A DNA stretch of 64,000 nt, taken from Adineta vaga (taxonomy: Eukaryota > Animalia > Rotifera). The stretch covers positions 18,538,001 to 18,602,000 of the forward strand of contig CP075492.1 of the NCBI GenBank assembly GCA_021613535.1, read 5' to 3'. Position numbers and translations under genes: made by a program. Each line of letters opens with the position of its first letter. Within the stretch, counting starts at the first letter, position 1. The notes beneath the pieces were generated by a model, which was not told where the DNA came from, made no database searches, and saw nothing but the letters and a program-made list of their open reading frames with translations. Positions 25,116 through 38,237 of the stretch are shown piece after piece.

Positions 25116-27436
25116 ATGTTCACTAAAATGAATCACAAACGCAAGTTGGCTATAGATTTCGTCCAGGCACAACATAACAAAGATTTGGAGAATTCTGCAA
25201 CAATTACTACAAAAGCAAGAAAACGTTTTCATCGACAACTGAGCGAACAAAATTTCGGTAAGTCTAATGAAACTAATTTCCTCACTCATATTCACGCTGA
25301 CGTTCAAAGTGTGAAAATACTCGATTAAATACATTTGCTCCTTTTTTCAGAAGACAATATGCACACGAGTGATTCCGACAGTCGACAAAAACAACATGAC
25401 GATCAGAGTCTGCTTTTTAATGGTGCTGCAGCCAAACTACCATATAAAATTGCCGATATTAATCTAGCTGAATCTGGTAGAAAAGCTTTATCCTTGGCGG
25501 AAGCTGAAATGCCAGGAGTAATGCATTTCAGAAAAATCTATGGGCCCAAAAAACCGTTGAAAGGCCTTCGCCTAGCTGGCTGCTTACACGTGACAGCTCA
25601 AACCGGAGTTATGATCGAAACATTTCTTGAATTGGGCGCACAAGTAAATTAACTCATTCCTTTTATTTCTTCGTCAGATTCTTAAGATCGATATATGATT
25701 GTATTATAGATCCAGTGGAGCTCTTGTAATCCACTCTCAACTCAAGATGAGGTAGCAGCTGCATTGGTTAAAGCCGGAGTATCCATCTATGGATGGAAAG
25801 GCGAAACTGACAAAGAAAAGTTATGGTGTATAGATCAGGTGAGTTGCACAGATTTAATACTCTTCGTTTTATTTTTGCTATTGCCATGAACTGTTCAGTA
25901 TAGTATTGCGTATCTCGATGAATTTTTTTACTCGAGTTCGACCCTAGAAGTCGTTAAATCTATTACAAAACCCGATACAGATGATTGCTGACACCTAAGT
26001 GCTACCTTTCACTCTCGCTTGAAATACTTTTCCTGTACTCAATACTTGCGAAATTGCTCGAGAATGCGAATATTAATAACAATCGTCTCACTTTATACTT
26101 CGTTTTCAACACATATTGATAAGGTATCATTCTTTTCTTTATAGACGATCTATTTTCCTGACGGTCAACCATTGAATGCCATACTAGATGATGGTTGCAA
26201 TTTAGTCCGAATCATTCATGAAAAGTATTCACACTTGACCAGTGTTATACATGGTAGTAGCGAAGAAACAACCGCTGGCGTCACAAAACTACGTAAATTG
26301 TTGAAGAACAAAAAGTTAAAAGTTCCCGTCATTAATGTGAATGAGAGTGTCACTAAATCAAAGTTTGATAATAATTATGGATGTGGTGAAGGTCTTATTG
26401 ATGGCATTAAACGAGCCACTGATATAATGATCGGAGGGAAAACTGTCGTTATTATTGGATATGGTAACGTCGGTAAAGGATGTGCAAAAGCATTTCTAGG
26501 TTTTGGAGCAAGAGTCATTATCACCGAAGTTGATCCCATTTGTGCTTTGCAGGCCGCCATGGATGGTAAGTTATGCAAAGGAAGGAGTGACATTCTGTTA
26601 ATAGTAAAGCTCGGTTTGCTATATTTTCTAAATGAACGGAACTGAGCTCACTTCAGTTTGTCAAAGTGAATAAAGATTAGATATAACCGCTATAATATTT
26701 GTATAAATTTCTTGTGACAACTAATAGTGATGCATTACTCTAGGTCATCAGGTAACTACGATGGATGAAGCATGTAAAATTGGTCATATCTTTGTCACGG
26801 CTACTGGTTCAACCGGTTTGATTCGTGCAGAACATATAATGGAAATGCGTGATCTAGCCATTTTATGTAATATCGGTTCCGGTCAAACAGAAATTGACGT
26901 TGCATGGATAAAAGCTAATGCTGTGAAAGTTGAAAATATCAAACCCCAAGTCTGTTTCATATGTGAACAAAAAAAGTAAATCTTATATTCTTGTGTGAAA
27001 ATTGTTTTAGGTCGATGTTTATCATCTGTCGAATGGTCGCGCTGTTATTGTGCCCGCCGATGGCCGTGTGATGAATCTTTGTAAGTATTATCTGCGATTG
27101 TGATGTATTGCAAAGTTTGTGTATTTCTAGCTTGTGCACATGGTAATCCGAGTTTCGTTATGAGCAATTCATTTTGCAATCAAATCTTGGCACAAATCGA
27201 ATTATTTACGAAAAAAGGCCAGTATTCAATCGGAATTCATACTCTTCCAAAAACAGTCAGTACCATTTGTTTTCTGAAAAAACGTTTTCAATCTTGCTTT
27301 TTAGTTGGATGAACAAGTGGCTGCAGCACATCTAGACCATTTAGGTGTTCGACTAGACAGATTGACGAATGAACAATCAGCCTATGTCGATATACAACTT
27401 GATGGTCCTTATAAACCCCTTCATTATCGTTATTGA
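25116..27436 (+). CDS. ahcy: Adenosylhomocysteinase (SAH hydrolase) family protein with N-terminal extension, multi-exon
   Basis: [38 protein letters not shown] and C-terminal [10 protein letters not shown]. Canonical introns, e.g. 25258-25350. Confidence 0.92.
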
Positions 27437-27629
27437 GCACTTATTTATTATTACAAAGAAATAAACATAAGAATTTTTTTATCTTACATCTGTAATTAGA
27501 TATGTTCAATCGATCTTTTTATTTTTCTGATATAATTTCTACTCTACTCATTTCTTCGTTCGTTATTACAGATTAGTATATCCGACCGAGATCTGACAGG
27601 GAGTCTTCTTCTCTAGAAATACATTTGAA

Positions 27630-28546
27630 ATGCTCGTTGATACTATAATAATTGGTATTATTTTCAATCTCTGCAACAACCTACTCTTCACTACTCAATT
27701 GTCAGTGGAAAATGTGAATAAAAATCAATTGAATATACAGACTGATATGATGGTCATTCGATATCGAAGAAATGCTAGTAAGTTTAGTTATTAAATTTCA
27801 GTCAATCCATCGCATCACTAGTCTTTTCATTCTTCAGTTCACACGATAATCACTGATGACCATATCAATACAATATTAGACAAACTTGGTAAGCTTTGAT
27901 TTCTTCTAGTTCCAAGATCCGTTTTAATAGCAATCTTTCTTTATTTGTGTCACTTGTAGGCACATCTCTCAGAAACGACACAACGGAGCTGCCCCCTTTA
28001 ACGACGACAGTTGAAACGTCTACGTTTACGAATCAAACATCTCTTATTCCACCATTTCAAACCAAGCGTTTGCCCATAAATCCTGATATCATCGCGCCTG
28101 ATGGTTCACTGGTCCGTAATTTATTAACAACCACCGGTGGTAGTATGGCACAATTTGATCTTCCTCCTGGAATGACATCGAATGCTGTTGAGCATCGAAG
28201 TGTTTATGAAATATGGTACTTTCTGTCCGGTGAAGGCGAATTTTGGCGTAAACAAAACGATCGAGAGGAGATTGTGACCGTTGACAGTAACGTTTGTATC
28301 ACGATACCGGTTGGTACAGAATTTCAATTTCGCACAATTGGACGAAAAACTCTGGTGGCCGTGGCAATCACAATGCCACCATGGCCAGGAGATGGTGAAG
28401 CTATATCGAAACACGGAATTTGGAATGCAAGTCTTGTCGGACTTGGAAATTCATCAGCATCAACATCTCATTGCACCTATCTGTTCATAAGTATTATAGT
28501 TCTGTTCGTTGTAAACGTCTTTGTACACACCGCAGTTGTAGTATGA
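27630..28546 (+). CDS. Bacterial-type cupin domain with N-terminal hydrophobic leader and C-terminal hydrophobic (TM/GPI-like) tail; exons 27630-27777, 27838-27888, 27960-28546
   Basis: Core APDGSLVR..GGSMA..HRSVYEIWYFLSGEG..TIPVGT.FQFR..TMPPWPG. Two phase-1 introns splice in frame. Confidence 0.78.
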
Positions 28547-28659
28547 CTTTTAATTAAAATAAATGCGAAGAATAAAATCGATGCTTTCTTTGAACTGTCA
28601 GCGTGATATACTGTACTATATGTTGTCGACGACAAAAAATGATAGCCGTATTTTCATTC

Positions 28660-28680
28660 TTGAGGATGTGGGTATGGGTG
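28660..28680 (+). repeat. Single G-rich telomeric arm abutting a ribozyme
   Basis: TTGAGGATGTGGGTATGGGTG. Confidence 0.75.
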
Positions 28681-28689
28681 AGTATAGCT

Positions 28690-28734
28690 ACCGTGATCAT
28701 AATTTCGTCCTTGCTAGTGGACTCTTCAGACGGT
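28690..28734 (-). ncRNA. Type I minimal hammerhead ribozyme
   Basis: Minus strand reads accgu CUGAAGA GUCC acuagcaa GGAC GAAA U uaug A UC acggu: perfect 5-bp stem I, 4-bp stem II, minimal stem III and AUC triplet. Confidence 0.82.
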
Positions 28735-29230
28735 TGGTTTGTGTGGTTCTTTAGTTGCTGATACTGCAACATATTATATGTTATTTGTGGTTTTCTTATA
28801 TATTGAATTGAATGACTGAGAAACAAGTCGGTGATTGGGTCGTATCACTGTAATATGGGGACATCTGTATGAATGATAGAACAATTCGTGGAACTAGAAT
28901 TGAAATGCATGGTGGCACGTGGTCGATATTGGCATGATGATATGTTTGAATAGAATCTGATGGGGATGGTCGAATTATTAGCAGCCTATGTTCAGTCTCC
29001 TTTTTTTTCATTGATTTGTGTTTTGTAATTATGAGCCAAGCTGATTTGCTTTGTAATATATCTGTAAATAAATTTTTGTTTTGAAATTATGTTTTGAGAA
29101 AGGAGTTTCATTTGGCAATTCTATTCTCATGTTTCTGATTTGTTTAGGGTTTGTTTATTAGAAAAAAGTTCGAATTTAGCTTTCAATTTTTATTTATAAC
29201 TGATCAACATTTTTGTGCAAAATTTATTTT

Positions 29231-32200
29231 AGTTATAACTTTCAACTGTGGTTATAACCTTTAGTCATAGTTATTTTCGTTTATTGTCTGTATTCTATAG
29301 GAAAACGTGTTTCTCTCTAGTCTTATTGAGTAAAGATAGCGAAGAAATGTTTTTAAACATGACTCATTCCACTTCAGCATTGTCTTGTACAAAAGTTTCA
29401 TTTTTTGTTATACAAAGATTAATCTTTTCTTATAATAGAAATATTTCTTCTAAAAACGGTGATTCATTTGAAAGTTTTCATTTTATTGATGTGATAAGTG
29501 TCACAATTAATTAAACAACAGAAGAAATACAGAAAAACATTATTTTATAAAGCCATTGATTCTATCAATAACGTATCAACATCATAATCTTCATTCGATA
29601 GATTTTGAACCGAGTTGTCTTCCGTTGCATTATCTAATTCAGCATATTGTTCATAAGTGTCATCAGTAAACCCAAGATCAATTAGTACTCGTTTAAAATC
29701 TTTGTCGTCCATATTTAACATGCACTTAAATTGTGTGATGGTTTCATTACCATTTGACTGTTCTTCATCAATACATTCTTCTCCGCATTTTCACGTAATA
29801 ATGGATGGTCTTCATTAACGCATTGAATAAGTTCAAATGCATCACCAGAAGAATTCTTATCGTCAGTTGAATGTGAACTAACAGATAATTCATCATTTAA
29901 ATTTAATAATCCTTCTATATCACCGATATCTGTGATATCATCTAAATTATTTAATCCATTTTTATAAAATGTGTGGATTTTAGCAATTGCTTCTAAAGTA
30001 AATGGACTCAAACGATTTCGACGTTTGGTATGTTGCCAATCAAGAATTGAAAATAACCTTTCTGGCATTACAGCATGTGGTGTGATTGAAAAAAGTTGTA
30101 ATGCAATATTCGACAAGGAATTTTTGTGAGTATTGTCATTGATCATTGACCACCATGATGCTGGTGTATCGTCCGCCAGTAAAAGAAGGAAGTTAGATTA
30201 AAATTAAACATTATTATTTACCTTGCGTGAAATTTAAACCATAAGGTCCACTCTTGATTTCATATCGTTGTAAAGCACTAATTACATTTTTTGTTGTAGG
30301 TAAATTATTTCCGATCTTCTTACTATATTCAGCAAGATATTTATAAACTGCCGAGCGGCCATTAGTTGACATTCCACCACCACGATACTTTGGATGAAGA
30401 TAATATGCACTTAAATAAATATTATTTCAGAACTGCTTCAGTCGTGTGTTTACCACCCTTTGAACATGTCGACCGAACATTCGAGTTTCCGTATTTTCAA
30501 CAAACTGCTCGGTTACCAAATGAAGGTAACATAATATTAAGTAACAATCTGCTAATGTAAGAGAAGCAGATTGAATGATTGATATGGTATAAGCTAATGG
30601 TTTCATGATTTTGTAAAGATTATCAATATCATAAAAGAATGAACGAGTGTAAAAAATCCGCAACGCTGGACCACCTAGTGGGAACAATTGTATGTAACGA
30701 TTCTTTTCGAATCTTAATTCGTTGAGCTTCTTCTTTCAATTTAGATTTGAACATATGTGATTGATTTTGATACGACGTTATAGTTGTGATTTTCCTAATT
30801 GTACTCGATGCAAAAATGTGTTTAATCACATCACCTAAACATAGAGCAAATTGAAACTTAGAACGTAAATAATCAATACGAGATTGCATGAAAAAAAGGA
30901 AAAAACGATACGATATTAAGAAAATTTGACAATCCTTTATTTCCAAAAATCTGACAGATATTTTCGGTCTCACTGTGATATCAATTACAAATCTTATCGG
31001 CAATTAAATTGATTGCATATGCAAAACATCTTAAACCAATAATATGTTGATGTCCTGGTTTACAAATAAATAATTCACGCATTTTTTGCATTACGTTTGG
31101 ATTATCAGTAACAACTGCACGAATTTTTGATATGATATTAATGTTGATAGATATTCGAGCCAAAACAGACTCCAGTTTATTAGCCAAAAATTCAGCTGTA
31201 TGACTAAAACTGCTGACATCAACAAGAGAAAGAACAATTGCCTTACGACTATCTGTCATTGCATTGTACTCATATAATGATCGATGACATCGATCACTCC
31301 ATCCGTCAATGTTTAATGTAATATGTGCAGCTTCTGATAACAATGATTCATTCTGACTTTCGACATAAACAAGCTCTTGTGTAAGTATTTCATGCGTAAT
31401 TTTTTTTCTACCAGGTAAATCATACGATGGATTAACTTTTTTGATAAATTCGATGAAAAAAATGTTGTTTATCGTTCGAAAAGATATTCCATTCATAATA
31501 ATGGCTCTTAATAGAAAACGATGGATATTTTGTTGTTCACTGCAAGAAATTATTCTCGATGTAAATCGATCCATTGTATGTTGCTTGCGAGATGGTGGAT
31601 CCGTTGACATTACCTAGACAAACTGGTAGAACGAAATTTTTATTGAAAATATCCTACTTCCGTCGACCGTTTCTTTTTTCTTGAAGGTAATGATTGATCT
31701 TCAAAACCACGCATTTTTAAAATGATTTCTTTCCGTGCACTTGGGTTGTAAATAACTATTTGATCGCATTGATGTGCAACATGAGAATACATCAGATTAA
31801 GCTTTGCAAAATTAAAGTATTGTGTACAATATTTACATTGAGTTTTTCGATGACCAGGTGTTTTAGCAGGTCCCATATCATCGAAATGAGACCAAATAAT
31901 ATCACGTTGACGACCACCGAGTTTCGGTGAATCAAATGTAATGGAAGATGATATATCAATTATATCTTCATCTGGTAGTGATTGTGGATCATTGCCAGAC
32001 AATGAAGATGTTGTACAATTTGGCATCCTGTTTATTGAAGACTAATCCAGAATCATATACAATGAATTATCCTACTAATAAAGTGAATCGTGTATAAAAT
32101 GAATGATATAAATTCTATCGTCTTTTATACATCTCGCTACGATCCAGATCCGACGAAATGATGAAAAATCGAATCATTCATATTACTTTATTTCAGTCTC

Positions 32201-32935
32201 CTGCGTTGTCTTTCATTCTTTCTTTCGTTCGTTCTTGTGATTTGCTAATGTTTCGTCGAAAGTAAAACGACGAAATAGGCAAAGCAAAGAAGAAAAGAAA
32301 AGTATACATTTTGATTGAATTTTGTTATCGCATATCGCATATGTATTGTTGTGAAAAAAAACAGAAAATTCACACACATGTTTTCGAAACATAGTTTGAG
32401 GAACTTAAAAGGAAATAATGCTTTGAAAATAAACATCTTATAAGAAATATCCGATGATAATAACCTCGTTTTCTAAATATTGAAGCTATTCATTTGAATT
32501 TATATCTTGAGTTTTCAAAAATTATTTTTGTGTTCAATCACAATCAGAAACTATAACGCACATATACACAATTCTTCTTGTTATTGCCCATTTCTTCTAT
32601 TAGTTATTTTTTTGAATATTCATTTCAATTCGATTTAAACTGAGATTAGAGAAAAAATAGTATACTTACTGAATTACGTTTACTATATTTAGTGAGAGAA
32701 GACCACGAATCAGCACTTTCTTTTCTGTTGAAAATATCCGATAACTAGACTAATACTACCTAATTTGATGGTCTTTGATTACGTAGTTCTCTTAGTTACA
32801 AATAGTATACCGCTAGTACTGTAACCGTAGTAAAAAAACTTATAACGACGGTTAAAGGTTATAACTCCAGTTATAACCATTTTAACTTTTTGCTAATTTT
32901 CTCAACTTTTCAAAAATCTGTTTTAACTCCCACTA
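29231..32935 (-). mobile_element. Degenerate hAT transposon: BED zinc finger, catalytic region, C-terminal dimerisation domain
   Basis: BED finger (WSHF..CKYC..HVAHQC) at 31640-32026; IDGWSD, TDN, RCFAYAINL at 30981-31610; TRWSS; PERLFS..KRRNRL at 29715-30146. Introns and at least one frameshift. GTTATAAC subterminal repeats at both ends; exact termini uncertain. Confidence 0.88.
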
Positions 32936-33019
32936 TGGTTTTTTTGATCGTCTTTATTCTTTCGTAGAATATCGTTTTCAACAAATACAAGTATTACAGA
33001 AATTATCCTAATTAAACAA

Positions 33020-33392
33020 AATACCATTGTATTCACTTGTAATTCTAATTGTTGCCATTGCTTATTTTCAGCATTCGACGTACAGGAGTAAATCATAATC
33101 AGCAACAACAACAACAACAACAATATCGAAAAACAATAGATCGTTAATTGATTCAAATGATACTTAATAAAATGTATTGTATTTCTTTTATAACAGCAAG
33201 TCTCTCATCTATGCAACACTTCGATCGAATATAATCGTCGATGATCTCCAATCAGCTAAAGATAACTTATTTAACACTATTTCTAATTTCGTTTCTCTTA
33301 CAATCCCATGTCTAAGTTTTTATCTTTTTACTCTATCAAACAAATTGTTTCGTTGCGAATTCATGAAGTTATTCTGTTTTAAAACAAAATAG
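33020..33392 (+). pseudogene. 3' fragment of a class A GPCR (TM6-TM7-helix 8)
   Basis: RKTIDR*LIQM...SFYLFTLSNKLFR with in-frame stops; 5' part absent next to the hAT element. Confidence 0.6.
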
Positions 33393-33865
33393 CAAACACA
33401 TATTTTACATTTGATTTTGTGTATCATTGTTAAGTATTGAATAATTCTAAAAACTTATCAAAATATTAAAAATACATCAAAAAAAAATCTTATACTAAAT
33501 TGAATTCAATGAATAAAATGTTAAAATAATCAATAGTGAGAGAAGAAATAAGAATCATTCAATAGTTACTTTTTTCGCTCTGTTACTCATTCTTGAAATA
33601 CATTAGAATTAGTGACAGAACGAAAGAGTGACTGAGTGAATATTATTTATTCCATCCTTATAATAATCAATAGTATAAAAAATGCGAATGAGTATGATTG
33701 GTGAATAATATAATACCCTCATCCGCTCTCAGTTTCTGTTATGAGAGATTAAATTATTTTCGATGATTTTATCCTATGTCTCAATGAGAAATACTTTTCT
33801 TGTAAAACGAGTGATATAATATAAAATATATTTTCATCGATAAAAACAAAATTTTTGGCACTACA

Positions 33866-34366
33866 ATGATGAGAATAATTATTCTTAGCATTATTTTATT
33901 TTATTGTTTATCATCGATTCAAGGTAAAAGATATATTTACTAAAATTCTTCTATACTATTTCTTGTTTTAGGTCAAACATGTTTGTCATATATTACTAAA
34001 GATTATCTGCGTAAATTTAGTATTAATGTTTATAAATATGAGCCAGCAGTCTATACGGAAAGTTGTTGTGCTGTAACAATGCAATTTATGGATAGTATAT
34101 TTGAAAAATCATTATATTTGGCTATGATTCATCCAATATTTTCAATGTATTTAAATGAATATCCAGACGAATGTACAATTCTTTCATTAATTCACCCATA
34201 TCTTCGATTGGCTTGTTATTTAAATGTTAAATTTGCACAAGCGAATGATTTTATCGATCAAATCAATGTAGTTAAAGGAAACAAACAATATGAAATAGCT
34301 TATACTACAGCTAAATTACAATATAAAAGTATTCATGCTTTTGAATGTTTGTATGGATCGAAATAA
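33866..34366 (+). CDS. Small secreted protein of unknown function; exons 33866-33923 and 33972-34366
   Basis: Signal peptide MMRIIILSIILFYCLSSIQG spliced through a phase-1 intron to the 33983-34366 ORF frame. Confidence 0.7.
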
Positions 34367-34699
34367 GAATCATATTTTATTTCAGAAAAAAAGAAAGTTT
34401 AAAATTCAGTATATATTTCATTTGAATCGAGTTCTGTTTTTTGATTCTGAATTTGTATTTTGATGAAAAATTTTATTCTATAAACGGTGAATACATTAAC
34501 ATGTTATAGTATAATAAAAAGTTTACAAATAAAAAAGAAAGAGCAAATAATTCGAGACATAAAGAAGTAAATAATAAATTATGAAAAATGAAAAATGAAT
34601 TCAGCTGTTCGAACAATTAATTGTCGAATGTTTTTTTTGTATAAAATGGTGGTTCATCAAGCATTATTTGAAGAATAGTTGATGATGATATATCAGTAA

Positions 34700-35136
34700 A
34701 TGTTAGTATCTATAAACCTAAATATATGGTTGGATTGGATGAATCAAGTGGTTGTGTTATATTTAGATTTTTAATAAGTCTTTGTATGGATTGATTAGAA
34801 ATTATATACAATTGACATTTTTTCATATCCTCAAATATATAAACGAATAGCACCAATTAAATATGGACCAGTTATATTAAATTCTATTGTTGTTAAATGT
34901 TTTGGTAATGTAACAGTAAATGCGGCAATAGATGTATTTATTGATTGATTACAATTAATTATTAATGGAACATATTTTCAATCAATAAGATTTTCTTGTG
35001 CTGTAATAGAATTACCTATAAAATCTGTATTTGTTAATTCAATTGTTAAATAAAATATTTGTTTATCATGAAGATTAGAAAATGGTTGTGAATCTTGAGA
35101 TTTTGGTGTGGCAAGAAGTTCAAGATCAGCTGAAAA
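34700..35136 (-). pseudogene. Decayed gene fragment
   Basis: Coding-like frame ADLELLATPKSQDSQPFSNL...FNITGPYLIGAIRL with stops; interrupted near 35165 by a CCCAGGTC terminus. Confidence 0.45.
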
Positions 35137-35164
35137 TCATGAATTAATTAATGATTGATCACAA

Positions 35165-36310
35165 CCCAGGTCTACCAATCCTATACTCGGATTCGATCGG
35201 TTCCAACATCGGATTGTATAGTGTCCAACAAACGGATTTCGATGGATCCAAAAGGTGACCTTAAGGTCATAACACAATATACCCATGTAACACTGAAACG
35301 CGTCTAATTTGCTCGAATTTGTATTAACGCGTTCCATAAACAATAAGTTTATATTAAACTTTCTCGATCTCTTTCGATACATCCCATATTTCTGATTAAT
35401 CTATATGCTAGAATTTTGAAATCCTAATCTCAGAACGTTTTAAACCATGCAGAAAGCTGTTTGATTGGACATTAATTTCCTTAGGAAGAAAAAATAGAAT
35501 TAGTCATATATTTCGTAGTCAGCTTCGTTCTCCTTAGTCCATACATAGAACCGGAGTTTTCAAACGTTTATTTAAAAAATATCTGTTTAATTGTTTTCTT
35601 TTAATTAATTATTTCAGTATACTATTTAATTTCAGATTTTGTATTCATTGTGAAGAGTTCAATTAATTTTTTTACGTTTTATTTATTTAATTATATGCAT
35701 ATCAAGTACAAATAATCATAATGATTCACAAAGATTAGGCACACGACAATAAATATAGCATTTTAATCGTTTATTATATACATGTATAATCTTCTCAATA
35801 ATTGCTTCTGGTTTGATAAAAATATTGTTATTGTTAGTAGCAATATCACCATAGAAGATATTTGGACATGATAACTTTTTATTATTTAGAACAACCGATA
35901 ACTGATCTTTGATATTGACTTTATTCATACGAAGAAGTAATTCTCGATGACGAATTTCAATGATATTTTGTATAAATCCAATACAAGGTTCTCCACCAAA
36001 TTAAAAATAACAAACAACTATCATTTCGTTGTTTTTCACAAAAGTATTGTATTGTGGTAGATCTATTCGACTGAATAAAACAGGTTTTAAATAATTTGAT
36101 ATTACGTTGACGTAGAATAAGATGAAGATTTTTTATTGTATTTTGATCTTTATATTCATGTACTAAACGAATGTTTTCATCGGCATTAGTTTTATACGTT
36201 AAAACCAAACGTTTTGACGATTGAACTCCCATGTCATGAAAATCGCACAAAATTGGCGATATATCGCGATTAATCGGTAGTTTCCCTGGAAGATGATGGA
36301 ATAGATATAG
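35165..36310 (-). mobile_element. Possible CMC/EnSpm-like relic: CCCAGGTC terminus plus frameshifted ORF
   Basis: Terminus and TCGGA subrepeats shared with 57265-59838. Broken ORFs 35716-36250 end RVPNLCES; transposase identity is tentative. Confidence 0.4.
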
Positions 36311-37302
36311 CTAGGTTTTTCAATCATATGATAGAAAACAACAGAACAATCAAAAGATTTAAATAGCTACACATTATTTACATAGCCAAGTTCCATTAAA
36401 AAGTATCTCTTTTAAGAAGCTACGACTTTATACACTTCTTTTCTATTAAAAAATTCCAAAACTAAAGGTATTACTTCTTGTAATCAAAGACTTTAGAATA
36501 TTTACCAATCTTTCGATGATAAATTTTTAGTTTTCATTTGTATTCAATTGATATTTGCCATCCCATATTTTTGTCTTGATTATTCTGAAGAGAAACATTT
36601 AACTATAAAATAAACGATCTAAAAATATATATCACCAAGCAGAAAGTACGTATTGTGTAAGGTACAGCCTAATAACAGGACGAGAAAGTGCTTTTCTGTT
36701 TAGTTTGTTCAGGATGCATAGTGAGACTCACCGAATCGAAGGAGATAAAGAATTTTTATGGGAAAAAAAAGAGAATGATAATCCTTTACTAAAATTTTGA
36801 TTAACTAGTGAGTTTTATTATATACAGATTGAGAACTATAAAAAATACTTTGTCATATATCTAATATTTATTATAACAATAGGAAACAACGTGCTTATAT
36901 ATCGTTGAAAATAAACGGTCTTATAATTCTTTGAGAAATGTCAGGCGTGAATACTCATTTAAATTAGAAAAATAATTGAGTTATTAAAGATAAGGGCTTA
37001 CTTGAGTAATCTTACATTCTTACAGATTCATAGACAAATAGAAAAGGATATGCTGATGCAGTAAAAGAAAAAATTGTGAGAGAAGATAAGAGATATTGTA
37101 TATGAAAATAATATCTAACATCAAGACTTCTACCAACAAATTTCTTTATTTGCATCATCATGCGAAAATTCAGAAACATAGAATAATGCTAGTTTTTGTT
37201 TTTATTATGCAAAACTGTGACACAAAGATCCTAACAGTACATTTATTATTATTATTCAAATGAAAAGTATAAAAAAATGATCATAGTAACTTAACTTTTA
37301 TT

Positions 37303-37824
37303 TTATTCCAAAGGACAAGCTTGTATAGCTCGTACTTCAGCGGTAAAACGACATTGAGCTAACTGTACCACAGTCATCGTTGTTGGATGTAAAACTGTTC
37401 TGTCGCATATGTATGTCGTTGTCATAAAACGAAGTTCATCAAAACATATTTCACCATTACTGGTTTGCATAACGATTCCTGTTCCTGGTCCACTGGGATT
37501 TTCTTGATACGTTGCATTATTGTTTCGAGACCATGGTGATTTCGTATCCAAAAAGGCCATACCATACCATGATTTGAATTGACGATCATATTGACAGCTC
37601 ATTGCGTTTGGAAAGGTATGATCATAACATGGACTGGATTTTGAAAAACTACATGGAGTTAAAAAATATTTGGATTGACTGTCGTTTCCATATAAAGTAA
37701 AATTACTTAAGCGATTTAAATCATATTTGTTCGAACCAAAAGTCTGAAGACATGAGTTCATATAACATTTTACAAAACTTACATTCGCAAGTAATAATAT
37801 TAAATAAAAGAAAGAAAAATGCAT
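37303..37824 (-). CDS. Secreted single-domain mannose-6-phosphate-receptor-homology (MRH) protein
   Basis: Signal peptide followed by the YDL..L, NG..C...R.....YICD and C.F....A..ACP pattern of MRH domains. Confidence 0.72.
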   Translation of the reverse strand: MHFSFFYLILLLANVSFVKCYMNSCLQTFGSNKYDLNRLSNFTLYGNDSQSKYFLTPCSFSKSSPCYDHTFPNAMSCQYDRQFKSWYGMAFLDTKSPWSRNNNATYQENPSGPGTGIVMQTSNGEICFDELRFMTTTYICDRTVLHPTTMTVVQLAQCRFTAEVRAIQACPLE

Positions 37825-38094
37825 TCTTTTCGTTTGCAGTAATCAAATAAAAACTACGTATATATACCAAAAACAAAGACAACAGTATGTTCTCAGTACA
37901 CTGTAATCATGCTGATAATGCAAAAAAAGACATTACTCATTTTTCAAACAATGAGATTGTAGGTAAGCATAAATTCCATGACGTATACTTCAATTTAGCT
38001 AAAAATCTCATGAGACGACTTAATTTATTACAATATTTCAAAATAAATTCACTTAAAATGAAACAATTGAAAATATGTTGTACAAATATATCAA

Positions 38095-38128
38095 ACTAGC
38101 GAAGATACCCGCTGCAAACTAAGATATA
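38095..38128 (-). mobile_element. Helitron-like 3' terminus
   Basis: Minus strand TATATCTTAGTTTGCAGCGGGTATCTTCGCTAGT, nearly the same as 60171-60204. Confidence 0.5.
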
Positions 38129-38237
38129 ACTACATTAAAAACATCGCACGTTGGGAAATGATATGAAATGTAGGTGTGAATATCCGTAAAATCGAAGCGC
38201 TATCAGATTCCTTTTTTGAATGTAGTTGTACGGAAGT

